A stretch of 61,795 nucleotides of DNA, filler included, from Clostridia bacterium (lineage in GTDB: Bacteria; CBDUZB01; JAGLHV01): NCBI GenBank assembly GCA_030637025.1. It is 6 parts of 6 records of this genome, joined end to end, with 100 filler letters (N's around TTAATTAATTAA, not from the genome) between each part and the next. Parts side by side here need not be neighbours in the genome. Positions count along the whole stretch, not along the records: positions 59,275 to 61,795 come from DAOVVV010000075.1; 5 more parts are not named here. The stretch is one strand, 5' to 3'. Positions 59,936 to 61,795 of this stretch are shown here, piece after piece. A program made the position numbers and the translations under genes. The notes beneath the pieces were generated by a model. It was given only the letters and a program-made list of their open reading frames with translations. It was not told the DNA's origin and did no database searches. The stretch's first letter is position 1, and every line of letters begins with the position of its first letter.

Positions 59936-61513
59936 ATGAAAAGAAAATATTTAAATTTTTGTAAAGTGGGATTATTTTTTTTGGTTTATGTTGGATTTAT
60001 GTTTATTTTTAATGTTGAATCTTGGGCGGGAACATTGATTTCTCTTTCTTCGGCAGTTTATGATGGAGGTGATACTGATAGTGTGCATGGAATTGTGAGT
60101 GATGGTAATAATAATATTATTATTACCGGAAGAAGTTTTAATGGAGCAAATTGGGATTATTATACCATAAAATACGATAACAATTTAGTGACTATTGTTT
60201 CGGCAGCCTATGATGGAGGTAATAGTGATGAGGGGTGGGGAGTGACGACAGATGGTAATAATAATATTATTGTTACCGGAATGAGTTGGAATGGAGCAAA
60301 TGATGATTATTATACCATAAAAAACGATGCTCATTTAATGGGTATTACCTCGGCAGCCTATGGTGGAGGTAATAGTGATGAGGGGAGGGGAGTGACGACA
60401 GATGGGAATAATAATATTATTGTTACCGGAATGAGTTGGAATGGAGCAAATTATGATTATTATACCATAAAATACGATAATAATTTAGTGGTTATTAGTT
60501 CGGTAGCTTATGATAGAGGTAATAGTGATGAGGCGTATGGAGTAACGACAGATGGGAATAATAATATTATTGTTACCGGAATGAGTTGGAATGGATTAAA
60601 TGATGATTATTATACCATAAAATACGATGATAATTTAATGGTTATTACCTCGGCAGCCTATGATGGAGGTGGTAATGATCAGACATGGGGAGTGACGACG
60701 GATGGTAATAATAATATTATTGTTCCCGGAAGAAGTTGGAATGGATCAAATGATGATTATTTAACCATAAAGTATGATAATAATTTAGTGGTTATTTCTT
60801 CAGCAACTTATGATGGAGGTAATCTTGATGGATTGCGGGAAGCTACGGTGGATGGTAATAATAATATTATTGTTACTGGACACAGTCGGAATGGAGCAAA
60901 TTGGGATTATTTTACCATAAAGTATCTTGGCCCACCCCAGGTTTTTTCTCTTTCTCCTTTTTTTGCTTCTCCCGGAGAAATATTAGATATTATCGTTAAC
61001 GGTTTAAATTTTTATAATGGGGCTGATATGATATTTAGTAGTACAGGAATAACCATAAATTCCATTGATTTTATTAGTGCTACGCAATTGCGAGCTAATA
61101 TTACCATTGATGATAATGCTTTTTCCGGTAACAGGGATATTACGGTAACTAATATTGATGAAGTCAGCGGGATATTACAAAGTGGATTTGAAATTAGAGA
61201 ATACATAGGTTATCAGGAGGAAGAAGATTCCCGTTTTGTTAAGCTAAGTCCTAAGATAATTACTCCTAATGGAGATGGGATAAATGATGTAGCTAATTTT
61301 ATTTTTGAAAATCCTAATAATGAAACAGTTGAGGGAACGATATTTAATTTATCGGGCAGTGTGGTGAGGGATAATTTAACATCAAGTAGTACTACATCGT
61401 TAACCTGGGATGGCCGGGATAGTAGTGGGAGTTGTGTAAGTGGTAAGGTATATGTATATCAAATTAAAGTAGGTGGGAAAGTATTTAATGGGACGGTTGT
61501 GGTGGCGAAATAG
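59936..61513 (+). CDS. Secreted beta-propeller repeat protein with Ig-like domain and gliding-motility/T9SS type-B-like C-terminal domain
   Basis: Signal peptide; six 50-aa repeats (YDGG..D...G...DGNNNIIVTG.S.NG...DY.TIKY); ITPNGDGIND..IFNLSG..WDGRD..VYVYQI..GTVVVAK. Confidence 0.85.
   Translation: MKRKYLNFCKVGLFFLVYVGFMFIFNVESWAGTLISLSSAVYDGGDTDSVHGIVSDGNNNIIITGRSFNGANWDYYTIKYDNNLVTIVSAAYDGGNSDEGWGVTTDGNNNIIVTGMSWNGANDDYYTIKNDAHLMGITSAAYGGGNSDEGRGVTTDGNNNIIVTGMSWNGANYDYYTIKYDNNLVVISSVAYDRGNSDEAYGVTTDGNNNIIVTGMSWNGLNDDYYTIKYDDNLMVITSAAYDGGGNDQTWGVTTDGNNNIIVPGRSWNGSNDDYLTIKYDNNLVVISSATYDGGNLDGLREATVDGNNNIIVTGHSRNGANWDYFTIKYLGPPQVFSLSPFFASPGEILDIIVNGLNFYNGADMIFSSTGITINSIDFISATQLRANITIDDNAFSGNRDITVTNIDEVSGILQSGFEIREYIGYQEEEDSRFVKLSPKIITPNGDGINDVANFIFENPNNETVEGTIFNLSGSVVRDNLTSSSTTSLTWDGRDSSGSCVSGKVYVYQIKVGGKVFNGTVVVAK
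60059..60926 (+). repeat. 150-bp coding tandem repeat, six units
   Basis: tgatggaggt-like anchors at 60061, 60211, 60361, 60511, 60661 and 60811. Confidence 0.92.
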
Positions 61514-61528
61514 GGAAATATAACAGAC

Positions 61529-61795
61529 AGTCCATAGTCCACAGTCGATAGTCCATAGACAAAGACAACAGAAAGTTATAAGTTAATAGTTATTAGTTAT
61601 GAGTTAAAGAAAATTAAAATACAAGAATAAAAGACAGGCACAAAGGCATCAAGGCACAGAGGCACAAAGTAAAAAGAGAAAGATCCTCCTTACAGACTGG
61701 TGGATAAGGCGGGAAGTTTGAATTTGGGAGTTTGAATTTGTTTGCGTTTATGACAATGTATGACGCGAGCAAATTTTCCCCCTTTGAAAAAGGGG
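61529..61795. repeat. Mosaic of short tandem repeats and dispersed palindromic units
   Basis: (agtccat)x4 at 61529-61558; (agttaNN)x4-5 at 61574-61606; (aggcacaa)x4 at 61636-61669; atcctccttacagactgg; agtttgaatttg x2; ccccctttgaaaaagggg. Confidence 0.75.

Noticed and set aside
60059-60926. AAT-rich repeats as a DGR template/variable region
   Set aside because: All units are in-frame parts of one gene, differences are not confined to adenines of one template copy, and no reverse transcriptase is in the window.
719-61206. Many short antisense or overlapping ORFs in the track (e.g. 719-964, 11408-11794, 15654-16100, 26092-26484, 47288-47605, 50723-51196, 57721-58125)
   Set aside because: Shadow frames of well-supported genes, with no motifs or RBS.

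Overview
Low-GC bacterial draft sequence made of six contigs (1-8398, 8499-31290, 31391-38235, 38336-45706, 45807-59174, 59275-61795). They are joined by identical artificial 100-nt spacers (N44-TTAATTAATTAA-N44), so adjacency across gaps means nothing. Rnf, ExbBD and an outer-membrane barrel point to an anaerobic diderm; the RpoB style and the many FlgD/T9SS-like C-terminal-domain proteins suggest Elusimicrobiota or a relative (unverified impression). Contig 1 is a surface-glycosylation cluster (VTC protein, B12 radical SAM, GT-C, GT2, deacetylase) ending in an unusual GT-C/TPR/kinase-like fusion. Contig 2 holds a ~10 kb putative defence island (HipA-like kinase + HIRAN protein, MNT-HEPN, an unknown membrane protein + 813-aa pair, a lone HEPN, a TM-KAP NTPase) downstream of rnfCDGEAB-amrS-apbE-aroE, then a two-component pair and a CTD surface protein. 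Contig 3 has a repeat coiled-coil protein, exbBD, guaA, tsaD, a divergent deacetylase and ctpA. Contig 4 has a PorV-like barrel and a 1897-aa Ig-repeat protein, and its two ends share an identical 102-bp direct repeat. Contig 5 is rplJL-rpoBC-rpsLG-fusA-tuf with an L10 leader. Contig 6 has an IS4 end and a beta-propeller CTD protein. Several non-coding repeat families are present. No rRNA, tRNA or CRISPR array was recognised. All family assignments come from reading motifs by eye; no searches were run.
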